From NCBI RefSeq assembly GCF_011386835.1, contig NC_088791.1:153450001-153514000 (forward strand): 64,000 bases of DNA. Reading direction: 5' to 3'. A model generated the notes under the pieces. It did not search any database, had not been told where the DNA came from, and worked only from the letters and a program-made list of their open reading frames with translations. This DNA is from Chrysemys picta bellii. Lineage: Eukaryota. The position numbers and the translations under genes were made by a program. This document shows positions 12,935-24,553 of the stretch, one piece after another (the first letter of the stretch is position 1; each line of letters opens with the position of its first letter).

Positions 12935-15590
12935 TTACTCAAAATATTGTTTACACACCAAGTGTAAAAGTGTCCAGATTACAAGAGCATTTATCAAAGG
13001 TGTAATCAGTCTGCAGCCTGGCCACAGTGTGCAGAACAGCCTTACCACATCACACCACTCCACCCCGGCCTCATTGTTCTGGTGAGATTTCAAAATGGCT
13101 AGTTTTGCCTGACCCAGCAAAAACTTAGCCAGGCAGGAAAACAGCCTAGTGCGAGCATTGTATCTCACTCTGAAAACAAACAAGGGCTTGGAGAAAACCA
13201 GTCCCAAACCACTGAAAAGTTGCTGCAAAAAAAACCAAAAAGAGGAATTAAACAGAGGCAAGATAGATAAAAATGAAACATCATGTCTGACACCAAACAG
13301 AAGGGGCACTGTGCAGGCACCTCAGAGGCAATATGGTGCACCAAACGATTAGTTGCTACAATGCTACGCGGGACCCTCCACTGTAAGTCACCAGGACACT
13401 TAGGAAGAGATTTGTACAACATCCTCCAAGCCAAAGACCCAGAGTCATCCTGGGACGGAGGCATCCTCCAAGACTGTATCAGGGAGATCAGAGAGGGTGG
13501 TAGCCTAATCTCACACTTTGACACACATACCACAGACCTGCTTGTTGGTCATGTTTGCGAAAGGAACATTCACCAAACCCTTGCAGGACAACAATCTGCC
13601 TGGCCGCACAAGGATCTCATCCACAGAACAGCATACAGCTAGTGAAGGGATCAAGGGATTCCCCCCTGGAAGAACCATCTCTGAAAAAACATTCTGCAAA
13701 TACTGAGCAGCCCTCTGAGGGAGTTCCGCCTGGAATTCAGAGAGGAAGTTATCCAAAAAATGCACAGGGAAGATTTTGCTCTGAACAGCAAATGCTGTTG
13801 CCAACTTCTAGCTTGACCAACTGGGAACAAACCAGTGGGACAGCTTGGTCAACCCAGCCTGAATAAAGGCAGAAAACAGGCTCCTGGAGGAGAGAGCTTC
13901 AGTGGAAAAAAGTGGGCTAAAAAACAGTGGCTCTTCCAAGAGCCATAATTTGAAAAATGCAGATTTCACCACAGTCCCTGGGCATTAAAAAGATAGAATA
14001 GAAACAAATCTAGATTCTGTAATTGACCAGTTGCCAACAAAAATAGGTGAGAATTAAAGCCCATCCCACCAGCACGATGGAGAAGAGAGAAGGCAAGGGA
14101 TTTCCAGGCCGGGGGGAGTCAGAGGACAATAACTGCTAAACGGACCAGAGGTGAAAGGCTACAACCCTGCTGACTAAATCAGTGAGTCCCTGACCCCATT
14201 CATCTAATGGCAGGAAGAGCAAAGCAGGGCACAATCAGAGGTACCTATTCCCCAAAAATATAATTAATATGCCTCTGAATTTGGTCCAGGGGGAGAGTCC
14301 AGACATACTAGCTGGTGCCACATCATTGAGGACACATGGTTATTGGCAATCAAAACCTGTCCCCAAATAGAGAGCCTAGGAAGAAGCCACTGCCCTTTCT
14401 CATGTGCCCTTGCACCATCTCTTCAGCCCCCTCCTGGTTCCTTTATATATATTGTTCAGATGCAAAAAGGTCCCCCAACACCTAAATCCCAGAGCTGCCC
14501 ATATGCAATTGTTAGGGCAACAAAGGGGGATTGCTGCACTGCCAAGAGCCCAGTAAGATTGAATTGCTTTTAGCCCAGTTCATGCAAGCAGATGCCTATT
14601 CATTGTGATACAGCAGGACTAGAAGGCAGCGACAAGGTTGCCATGAGGGTCCACGATGTCTCATTCCAGGACACTCGTGGCCAAAGCAAGGACTGTGTGG
14701 CAGCCTGGGTATGCTTATGGCAGAACAGTTGGAGCTGGATCTTTCTGACATCCCTCCACTGTCTAATACACTGCCCCACCACTGTTTCATAGAGGCTTAT
14801 GCTGCTGCCAATGTTCCCAAAACACAGCAAACATCTCAGTGAGATTCAAGTCCTGTAATAATTTGGTATTAAAACACCAGTGGGCAGTACAGGAAGGAAG
14901 ACGGAGAGACACATTGACAGAGGCATAATGATGATCAGAACAGGGAAGACCACACTGGTCTTCCTGGTATAAAAGTGATCCAGTCTAGCCCTTGAGACCT
15001 GCTTGGGAGCAGCCTTCGGCCAAGAGTACTACCTAACACTGGGGTGAGAGTACCTCAAACATCTGCTAGCCCAAAGGGCTGCAGGAGACAACACAGTTCC
15101 CTGGCTGACTGAGGGTGTAGTTCCTTCTGGTTCTTGTCTAAAACATAATCTACAGTGCAACTGAAATCCCCTCCCAGGACAATATTACCATCAGGGTCAC
15201 AGCCAAGCATGGCATGGACAAGTGTCTGCAGAAAGGAGACATGATCTCGCCCCAGAGTAGGGGCATACACAGTAAAAAGATTTAAAACAGTAGTGCCAAT
15301 ATGTGTCTCCACCTGGAGGAGCTGGCCCTGCACACTCTCATTCACAGAGAAGATCTGTGTCCCTGTGTTCTGGGGAAAGAGAACAGTTCCCCCAGCTGTG
15401 ACATTGGAGCTATGGCTCAAGAAAGCTTCCCCTTTGCATTCCTTTAACCAGATCTCCTGATTATCAAGGTCTGAGTGTGTCCCTTGCAAAAGAAAAACAT
15501 TAACCTGCTTTTGTCTAAGAAATTCAGAGTTGTGCCCTTCTGTGACCATCCTGGCAGTCATTAATATTGAGAGCCAAGGGTAAGCAGCAT
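12935..15590 (-). pseudogene. Tx1 ORF2 (APE endonuclease, deleted RT, C-terminal zinc finger)
   Basis: Starts near ATGCTGCTTACC (15590) with LTLGS.NIN. Endonuclease in ORF 15055-15705. Post-RT motifs SACMNWAKS (about 14590) and LPRLSIWGQVLIANN (about 14350). Zinc finger in ORF 13165-13533. No QG.PLS or YADD motif found in between. Confidence 0.88.
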
Positions 15591-15689
15591 CACAGAGATT
15601 AGAAAGAGAGAGCCAAGCAGCAGAAGGAGACAAATGGAAAGTGGAAATACTGTGAACAAAACAAGCCACGGGGAGGGCTGTGTATCTTG

Positions 15690-17135
15690 AACAATCCCAA
15701 CACACTTCCTCATCTTCCTCAACAACTTTTTGAAACAGAAACGTTTCCTACAGTCAACCGAATTATCTCTCAAGACAAGGGCAGCTGAATGAATAAAATG
15801 CTGTAAATCAACTCCCCATTTCCTTTTAGGGCTATCAAAAAAAAGTCACTAAGCTCCTTCACACTGTACCTCCTTTCTTATCTAGCTGACTGGCTGGGAC
15901 ATCAGGAACCAGTGAGGAGTAAGAGAGATTATCATCATACTCTTCATCTCCCTGAGACTCCACCAGGTCAGAAGAACATTCAGCCACCATTGTAACATTC
16001 TCATAATTCACGAGGGAGAAAGATTCAGTGCGGGCAGATAGCATATCTATAGTCTCAAGAGGGGAAGGCAGTGGGTTGGGACTCAGCATCATCTCTGCAG
16101 CATACGGGATTGGGGCTTGAGGACTCACCATGCCAGAAGAGGACAGTATCCCACTGGAAATGCCAGGCATGGAGCTATCACCCAACACAACACTATTCTC
16201 CTTCTCAGGGCACACAGCTCCATCCTCAGCCACTGCCAGTGGCTCAGGCGCCGCCAACGTCTTAGTCCTTTTAGAAATAGTGCTTCATAAATCCATGTCA
16301 TTGGTCTGTTCTCCACCCCCATCTCTAGAACCTCTCTCTGCTTCCTCTGCAGGGATGTGCAGCTCAAACTCTGAGACTCGCTTCTGTCCAGGTACAAGTG
16401 ATGGGGTCACGACAGAGGACACCTGTGGTGGGGAGGCTTTTCTCTAGAGGATAGCAGATACATATGGCGGTGGGGGAGGGAGACAGAATCTGGCAGTGCA
16501 GATGTCCCTTGACGTCCCAACCACCCCCACTATCCTGGGGTCCCACATTCTTACCAGGGATCCCCAAGCTAGCAGTGCATGGGCAAGATCAGGGTCACCA
16601 CATAGGAAACATTTCACATTTTCAAAGGTAACAAATACTGTAAAAACTATGCCATCTATGTGATGCTTTAAAACGTAGTTCAAGGGCTGTTCAGGGGTAT
16701 TTAGAACCACAGAAACCTGGCACCAGAATGACATAACATGCCCCACATTTGGGTTCTTGCGGACTAATGGAATCATCCTAAGAGCAGGAAATACCTTTCC
16801 ATCGAGAGAGATCAGACACTGGTGTCTCATTATGAAGGAAGGGGGGACATTGGTACTTTAGTAGCAGGAGTAAACAAGGGGAAAACTTGAACAAAAGCCT
16901 CCTTGACCCAGAGTCCCTCCTGTACCAAACGATTCACAAACTATTCTTGGGCCAGGAAAATTACTATAAATTTGCTCATTCGAGAGGCAGATTTTGTATT
17001 AGCATAGTCAATCTTACCTACACTCAGCAACTCATCCTGCACAGTGTAGGAGACAGGATGTACACACTGAATCCCATGCTTGTGGATTAAACTGCTAAAA
17101 CCCTCTGAGGCAGAGAACCCCACCAACTCCTGCAA
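15690..17135 (-). pseudogene. Tx1 ORF1 (gag-like, zinc knuckle), frameshifted
   Basis: Pieces in ORFs 16941-17135, 16444-16830, 15859-16257 and 15561-15773 are collinear with Tx1 ORF1: N-terminal ASRM motif, CCHC-like knuckle, acidic disordered linker, basic C-terminus. Confidence 0.85.
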
Positions 17136-17333
17136 GGAAAAGGAGATGGGGGACCAATAACACCCCTAAAGTAAAGAAGCAGCAAGAAACAAAACAAAAC
17201 CATACACAGCCTAACAGAAACCTGGCTAGTGCACAGAGCACATAAACTCAGCCTCACTCTCAGAAGCTCCCACAATCCCGAGAGAGAATCCATCTCTCTT
17301 TCCTGTTTTGTAATAATGAGGACTGGAGAGATC

Positions 17334-18724
17334 CATGAGAACGTAAGAATGGCTATCCTAGGTCAGACCAGTAGACCATCTAGCCCAGAATCCTGTCTTC
17401 TGATAGTGGCCAGTGCCAGATGCTTCAGAGGAATGAACAGAATAGAGTAATTTTAGAATCATCCATCCCCTGTCCTCCAGTCCCAGCTTCTGGCAGTTGG
17501 AGGTTTAGGGACACCCAGAGCATGGGATTGCATCCCTGACCATCTTGACTAATAGCCACTGATAGATGACATTATCCAATTCTTTTTTTTTTACCCCAGT
17601 TTTACTTCTGGCCTTCACAACATCATCTGGCAATGAGTTCCATAGGTTAACTGTACGTTAGGTAAAGAAGTACTTCTTAATGTTTGTTTTAAACCTGCTG
17701 CCTATTAATTTAATTGGGTGACCCCTGGCTCTTGTGTTATGTGAAGGGATAAATAACACTTCCCTTTTCCTTTCTCTACCCCATTCATGACTTTAGTATA
17801 GTCCTCTGTTGTATCCCCCCCTTAGTCATCTCTTTTCCAGAAGTTCTGCAAACTTTGCCATTACATTAGCTATGCTTCAATCATCAGGTACAGAGGCTGA
17901 TTTATGCGATAGGTTACATACCACAATTAGTATTTCTGCAATTTCATATTTGAGTCCTTCAGAACTCTTGGGTGAATACCGTGTGGTCCTGGTGACTTCT
18001 TATTGTCACCTAACAATATTCTCCCTCACATCCTCTGCAGTAAAGTCTGATGCAAATAATTCATTGAACTTCTCCGCAATAGCCTTGTCTTCCTTGAGTG
18101 CACCTTTAGCACCTTGATTGGCCAGTGTCCCATTGATTGTTTGGCAGGTTCCTGCTTCTGATGTACTTTAAAACAATTTTGCTGTTATTTTTTGAGTCCT
18201 TTGCTACTTGCTTTTCAAATTCTTTTGTGGCCTGCCTAATTATACTTGACTTTTCAGAGTTTATGCTCCTTTCTGTTTTCATTAGTAGGATTTGACTTCC
18301 AATTTTCAAATGATGTCTTTTTGCCTCTATCTGCCTCTTTTACTTTGTTGTTTATCCATGGTGGCGTTTTTTGGTCCTCTGACTGTTTTTTAAAATTTGG
18401 TTTATACATTTAGTTTGAGCCTCTATTATGGGGTTTCTAAATGGTTTCCATGCACCTTGGAGGTATTTCACTCTTGTGACTTTTCCCTTTAATTTCCATT
18501 TAACTAGCTTCCCCTCTTCTGTGTAGTTGAAGGTATCTATCTCCCCCACTACAAGGATATTAAATTACATTACATTATGGTTGCTATTACTTAGCCATTC
18601 AGCTATAGTCCCCTCTTGGACCAGATCCTGTGCTCTACTTAGGACTAAATCAAGAATTGCCTCTCCCCTTGTGGGTGCCAGGACTAGCTGCTCTAAAAAG
18701 CAGTTGTTAACGGTGTCTAGAAAA
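17334..18724 (-). mobile_element. CR1 LINE, 5'-truncated, with an internal deletion of the RT core
   Basis: Tail CATGAGAACGTAAGAA (inverted TTCTTATG repeat) at 17334. The 3' ORF2 end LEKR.LRGD (17800-17840) is joined to the PDD..IANV / PGP.GIHPRVLK region (17851 onward). Endonuclease end FLDTVNNCFLEQLV.APTRGEAILDLVL at about 18600-18722. Confidence 0.92.
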
Positions 18725-19110
18725 TCATACTTTCTATTAAAGACAGGCCTGAATTAAAACTCCACATTTGAATAACCCCAAAACTCTGGGGGTGTTCAAA
18801 ATATGAATCTGGATTCAGAACCAAAGTGTGTAGCTTGGGTCTTTCTCTGTATTCTGCTAATGAAGGGGTCAGCTTTGACTGAATTTGTACATTCTAAAAG
18901 TTTCACTGCCATATTTTCAAAATAAAATATTTTAACCAAGATATGTACTTGTTCGTTTTTATTTCCTCTTATTAAAACATTACATATATAAAAATATGAG
19001 TTTTGTTACTATGAGTCCCGAACCCTGGCAGCTTAATGTCAAATTGTTGTAATGTATTAATAATTTTTCTCATTTGGATTTCTGGGTTTTCCCTTTTTTT
19101 CTGTTTTCAG

Positions 19111-19177
19111 AGATTTTACATTTGGATAGAATTAAAACCATTGATTTTAAATGCTCCTATAACATTTATACTCAGAC
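19111..19177 (+). other. Candidate internal exon (67 nt) of an unidentified transcript
   Basis: Acceptor CCCTTTTTTTCTGTTTTCAG, donor AC|GTATGT. Two open frames: RFYIWIELKPLILNAPITFILR or ILHLDRIKTIDFKCSYNIYTQ. No protein recognised. Confidence 0.45.
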
Positions 19178-19553
19178 GTATGTTGTAACCCTTGGAGTTT
19201 TTAATGCCATTCCAACTGTTATTTGAAAAATAAAAATTGTTTTTGATTTTGCATCTGTTCAAGTGGTATGAATGTCTATAACTATCACTTCCTAATCTAC
19301 TATTTTGCAAAGTAAAAGGGCATTGATTTTACAAGATAAAAACTTCACAACTAAATCAGCTATTTTGTATCCTTTAGCAAAAGGATATATAGGTCCTGTA
19401 CTTTTTACACCTTGCACAACACATTTCCTCTTTCTAAATTTGCCTGTCTTTCTTTTCCCGTCTGTGCAATTGTCTGAAAGTACTACGTGTTGTAGAACGG
19501 ATTTTAAAAATATTTTTGGCTAGCATTATTTAAAATCATATTTTCTCTTTCAG

Positions 19554-19619
19554 TTTGTACATTCTGGTCCTAACAGTTTCCTTATTTGGCTGAAATTAAC
19601 ATCTTTTCCACACTCATCG
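19554..19619 (+). other. Candidate internal exon (66 nt)
   Basis: Acceptor ATATTTTCTCTTTCAG, donor CG|GTATGT. The only open frame is FVHSGPNSFLIWLKLTSFPHSS. Confidence 0.45.
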
Positions 19620-19797
19620 GTATGTGATGTTGTCTTTCTGTCATTTTTAATTGTTATGCCTGATTTTTCTTTTAGAAGGTAGATTGTTGAAATTAAGGGG
19701 CAGGAGGTTTCTTTCCATGTTAATCTGAGATCCTTTAATGCAGAGGCATATTTTGCTTTTGTGAATTGCTTTTTTCCCCCCTCTTTCTTCATTACAG

Positions 19798-20035
19798 ACT
19801 ANNNNNNNNNNNNNNNNNNNNNNNNNNNNNNNNNNNNNNNNNNNNNNNNNNNNNNNNNNNNNNNNNNNNNNNNNNNNNNNNNNNNNNNNNNNNNNNNNNN
19901 NNNNNNNNNNNNNNNNNNNNNNNNNNNNNNNNNNNNNNNNNNNNNNNNNNNNNNNNNNNNNNNNNNNNNNNNNNNNNNNNNNNNNNGAAATCACTGCACC
20001 TTAAAAACAAAAAGATTAAGCTGCACTGCATTCCT
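19798..20035 (+). other. Candidate exon (or two exons) spanning an assembly gap
   Basis: Acceptor TTTTTTCCCCCCTCTTTCTTCATTACAG ends at 19797, four bases before the gap. Consensus donor CT|GTAAGT at 20036, 49 bases after the gap. Confidence 0.4.
19802..19986. other. Assembly gap (185 N)
   Basis: Run of N. Confidence 1.
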
Positions 20036-21794
20036 GTAAGTAAAAGCTTTTCCTGTACCTTTTGTCAGTATTTCTCTGAATACATTGCACACAATAAAAG
20101 GGTTAGCACAGTAACTGGACATGGATAAAGGTCAGAGTGCCCTTGGATGGGATTTACAAGTTTAAATGACATTTATTTATTTTTTTAAAGGAAGTTGTGC
20201 TAGATCTTTACCAGGTTTTATGTCAGACCCCAAATTGCTAATTCTTTCCGCTGGCTGTTTCAAATTTTATTAGGAATGGTGTGTAGCTTTGTCCCAATTG
20301 ACATACATTTCCTGTCATCCTGTCACCAAGGATTCCTGCACTTTGATGCAGGGATAATGGAAAATAGCAGAGATTCCTGATGGCATCAGAAATAGAATTA
20401 ATTCTCCTTTGTGATGTCATAGGACATTTTTGTCCTTTGTTATAAGAAAAATTGAAAGAAAGAGAAAGTTTCTGGTGACATCACAACAGGAGTCATCTGC
20501 CTGAGGACATTGGATGGGATCAGAAATGCATAATTCTTCTATGTGTGTGTATGTGTGTTCCCTATTGTGCTAGGAAACAGTCAAAATAACATATCTTATG
20601 TTTTCGAACGAGAGATGAGACTGTCTCTAAGAGCCCCATTAGTCCATAAATGCATGTCAGAGTCTACATCAGTCTGGTCTATCCTTATTTAGAAGCTGTT
20701 TTGTCAATGTACTCGAGAGAACAATTAATACTTGGGATTTCAATGCATGAATAACAGGCAAGTGAATGACCAGACAGTGTAAAAGATTCAGATGCCCCGA
20801 GTTTAAAAAGAAAAAAGAAACAAAACAAAATCTTAAAGATGATAGGGGGAAAGGGATTTTAGTTTCACAATAAAAGGTTGTGAAATACTACAAAGCAAAA
20901 TCAATCTGTTTTCTCATTTAAGATGAAAATGTAAGTTTGGTAATGAAATCCAGAAGCTTATGAATTCTTCCTAAGTGATATCTTTGTTTTATAGCACAAA
21001 GTGTTTCAGTGTTTTAACTGTTACATAAGGGGGTTTTCACCCCCTTTCAACTCTAATGAATTTACTTTGGAGACTAGCTGAAGGGTACAGCATACTGCGG
21101 GTACATAATACCCCTTCCAGGAATGGAATGCCAGGCATGAGTCAGTGAGGCAGATTGTGCCATTCTGGCACCAATCCATTGCATTTTTACATTACTGGCA
21201 GGGGCATGCCATTGTGTTGTTAAATACTATGCATTAACTGCAGACTGTGGCCAGTGAATTGGGTTTAAAATGTTCTGCTCATAGTTCTTAACTTCCTACC
21301 ACAAGCAGTATCCCTGGCCACCATGGTCATCAGTGTAACTCTGAGCCTATGACCTAGGTTAAAGGTACTAGTAGATTTAGTGGTACCAATGACATAACAT
21401 TTGGGGGGGGGGGGGCAGAGAGGTTGGGTTGGGGGGAAAGCCTTTGTCATGTATGAACACTGAATCTAAAAGCCCTTTTGTAATTCCCTGTATATTATAA
21501 AATAATAATGAGGAGAATTTTGCTTGGAATGCATTAGACATTTTCTTACCAAAATTTAATAGATCTAGGAGTGAATTAAGGTTGGTTCTTTGGATCTTTG
21601 GGATACAGATGGTCATTCGGTCCTTGATGGAGCAGTGAGGCGAAGTACTATGTAGCAGTATATGGCCCTGATGATTGGCTGCCAGCTGGGCTGGGCTATA
21701 TGACTTGGTAAGGAGACAGGGACTCATTGGTAGAGGAAAACAACTTCAAATGTAAATTGTTATCCTAACATAAATGTGGAACCGACCTGCAGAA

Positions 21795-21925
21795 AGAGAA
21801 CCTTAATATCTCCATTTTACTGATGGGGAAACAGAGATACAAAGGTTAAATGACTTGCTCCAGGTCACACAGCGAATCAGACCTAGAGTTGGGAATAGGA
21901 CACAGGATCCTGACTCAGCACAATT
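21795..21925 (-). mobile_element. MIR-like SINE
   Basis: CCATTTTACTGATGGGGAAACAGAG...AAATGACTTGCTCCAGGTCACACAG...GGAATAGGACACAGG. Confidence 0.7.
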
Positions 21926-22721
21926 CCATCCTTCCTTTTGCTCTATCAAACTCTCTCAGCTGGACCTCTGCTTTATTGCATGCATTATCTCCAACTTACT
22001 TCCATCATTCATTTTTCAAAAGTATCCTATCTGTAAACTCCTAAATGCTCCTAGGTTTTGTAGCCTCAGCATACAGCCCCACCTTTGAAATATACCAGGA
22101 TCGTTAGTGCTTTATGATTCTTTATGCTGTGAGTAGCATGGTGGAGGGACTTTTATGGTTGGACATGCAAATCATAATAATGAAATCTGGATATTGCTGT
22201 TACATTCGAGTGTCTATGTAGGCAGTAACACAAAACAATTATAATGCATGGTGTTTAGCCATAGAAGAAAAGATGCTTTGAAGTTTTGCGTTGTTTCTTA
22301 CTGAGGTTCACTGTGAACAGTGGCTGCTAATTTCTGAGATCTGGGATGAGATTAATCCCAGTATATGGCTTTCCTGTAAATAGAGAACTACCTATTTTTT
22401 TAAATTATTTTTTTTAATTTGGAGTCTGAAGAGATCATTCCCAGAATGTGATGTCCCTACATCATCTGATTGTTCAGAATCTGGGCTATCTCCTCAGCTG
22501 GTGCAAATCATATACGCTGTTGACTTGGGAGCCAGATCTTTGCACAAAGGAAAGATACTGTACATATAAGCTAAAATTGTCCAAAACATATACGGGTGTG
22601 GGATAAATTTTCAAAGCAGTGTCTAGGGATTTAACCATGTTTCCCTTATCTAAGACTTATAAGAATTGCATATAGTAGATACATTTTTAATGTATGTGCT
22701 GCCTTGAAAAATTCCAGCTCA

Positions 22722-22935
22722 TGTGTGGCGTAGTGGCCTGAGTACAGGATTAATAGCCAAGAGATCCTGTGTTCTTATCCTGATTCAGACACGCATGGCA
22801 TTGAGCAAGTCACTTAACCCTTCTGGACCTCACCATTCATATCTATTTTAAAGTGTGAATAATACTGACATACCTATGTAAACATTATTTAGTTAGTGTT
22901 TGTGAAGCTCTTGAAAGTGCTAAGCATTGTTATTA
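22722..22935 (+). mobile_element. MIR-like SINE
   Basis: GTGTGGCGTAGTGG...GAGCAAGTCACTTAACCC...AAAGTGCTAAGCATTGTTATTAT. Confidence 0.65.
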
Positions 22936-24469
22936 TAAACAAACACCTTGTGTGCACAAAACACCTGGGATGGAGATATAGTCACTCACTGGGATGATCT
23001 TTCACAACTCACTTGTGCCTTTGTTTTGTTCCATCACTGAAAGGTATCCAGGCCAATTGTAATTTACAAAAATACTTCCCATATCACTCTCCTCACTGTT
23101 GAGTATTTTTATTGCAAACATTCTTTCTTTGTTCGTCTGTCTCCATACTTTCCTCCATGCTGAATTAACCTTGCTTACCAAACTTTATCCCCTCCTCTGC
23201 ACTATACAGCAGAGACATTTGCATAGCCTCCAAATTACAAAGAACAAATTCATTTTGTCTACTAATTATGTTTGCTGATGATGTATGAAACAGACAGAAG
23301 ACAGTTTGAATTTTCATAAGTTCAATTGAGCTTGCAGGCATAAGGAAACGAACTGGCAGAACCCAAGCCAATGTGACATGGAATGCAGGCATCCCAGAGT
23401 GCATGCTGCATGCATAGCGTCAGGATGTCAGGGCTAAGAAGGGCCTCTTCCATCAGAGGAGTGCTTTTAAAAGAAAGAAATATTTTGAAGCAACAAACAG
23501 TCCACCCTAACATATCCTTCAGGTTCTCCTTTACAGTGCATTGAACATCATAGCGCTTGGGGGACATGGGCATCTGCTCACCAATATTGTAACTTACTCT
23601 TTTAACCAGAGTTGCATGCCTGAGACATGTTCTGTTTTCCCCAGCAGTTCTCTAACTCCGATTCCTCCCATCAGCTCCAACACTGCTCACAGAATGATGG
23701 CAAGCTAAGCTCTTTTTGCCAAAGTAATTGTGGTAGAAAGAGGTCTGCTGGAGAAGACGTTTGTATAAAAAAATTGTTTGGGATTCTGCCTGCCCTAAAT
23801 AGAACTCAATGTCTTGGGGCCATCACTGAAGAATTATATTAGCACTAACAAAGGGAATTAATTTTGCCTTCTCTTTCTCCTACAATGAGGCATCAATCCA
23901 GAAACTCCTGGGGATAAATTCTACCCTGATTTTTACTCATGCAACCCCATCAAAGTTAATGCGGTGGTACAGATGTAAGTCAAGGCAGAATTTGCCTCCA
24001 GCATTGGATTGGCTGAGAAGGCAGAAGTCTGTTTTGCTGCATCATCTGACCTGGAGTACAGGTTTCAAAAGTGTGTAAGTGACTTAAGAGTCCAAGTGCC
24101 ATTGGATTTCAATTTAGGCTCCTAAGTATATGTCACTTTGGAAAATGGGACTCAGGCTTACTCACTTACGCACTTTTGAAAATTTTATCCTTGGTTATTT
24201 ATATTCTCGGCAAGGCCCCCTGAAGATAACGGGCCGGTACTCTGTGGGGTGCTGACAACTTCTTAACCCTGTTTTTGAGACAAAGATGGTGAGAGTGTTA
24301 ATGTAGACATTTGGGTCCAGATTTTAGATGATGATAATCTGCACAGTTTCACTGAAGTCAGTGGAGTAATACTGATTTACGCCACTGGAATATCTGGTCC
24401 TTAAACTTCAGATGAAATGAGAAAATCCAAGATACTTGTTTGTTTCTTTAAAAAATCACCTTATTTTAG

Positions 24470-24553
24470 GTCTTCTGACATGGGACATGGTCACAGTTTA
24501 AAGGTGCAAATACAGCGGATGATCAAAAGAATAAATATGCAGCGGGGCTTATG
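24470..24553 (+). other. Candidate symmetric 84-nt exon
   Basis: Acceptor CACCTTATTTTAG, donor TG|GTAATC. Length is a multiple of 3. One open frame: SSDMGHGHSLKVQIQRMIKRINMQRGL. Confidence 0.3.

Larger units (their letters stand above)
12775..17279 (-). mobile_element. Tx1-clade (L1 superfamily) non-LTR retrotransposon, near full length, decayed, RT core deleted
   Basis: ORF1 motifs HGIQC...KSASRMSKFIVIFL and RMIPL..KNP...HVMSF...KCFLCGD. ORF2 APE endonuclease (LQ.TH, VYAP, LGGDF) and C-terminal GDLQWRV...TNRLV...CPFC...H...C zinc finger, then LLGQAKLAI. The 3' end reads AATAAAGGTGTTTTC on the minus strand. Confidence 0.93.

Noticed and set aside
19647-20128. ORFs spanning the N gap
   Set aside because: Artefacts of translating N as X.
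23179-23463. Minus-strand segment with a strong acceptor and a GTAAGC donor as a coding exon
   Set aside because: All three frames contain stops. It could be non-coding, but nothing else supports it.
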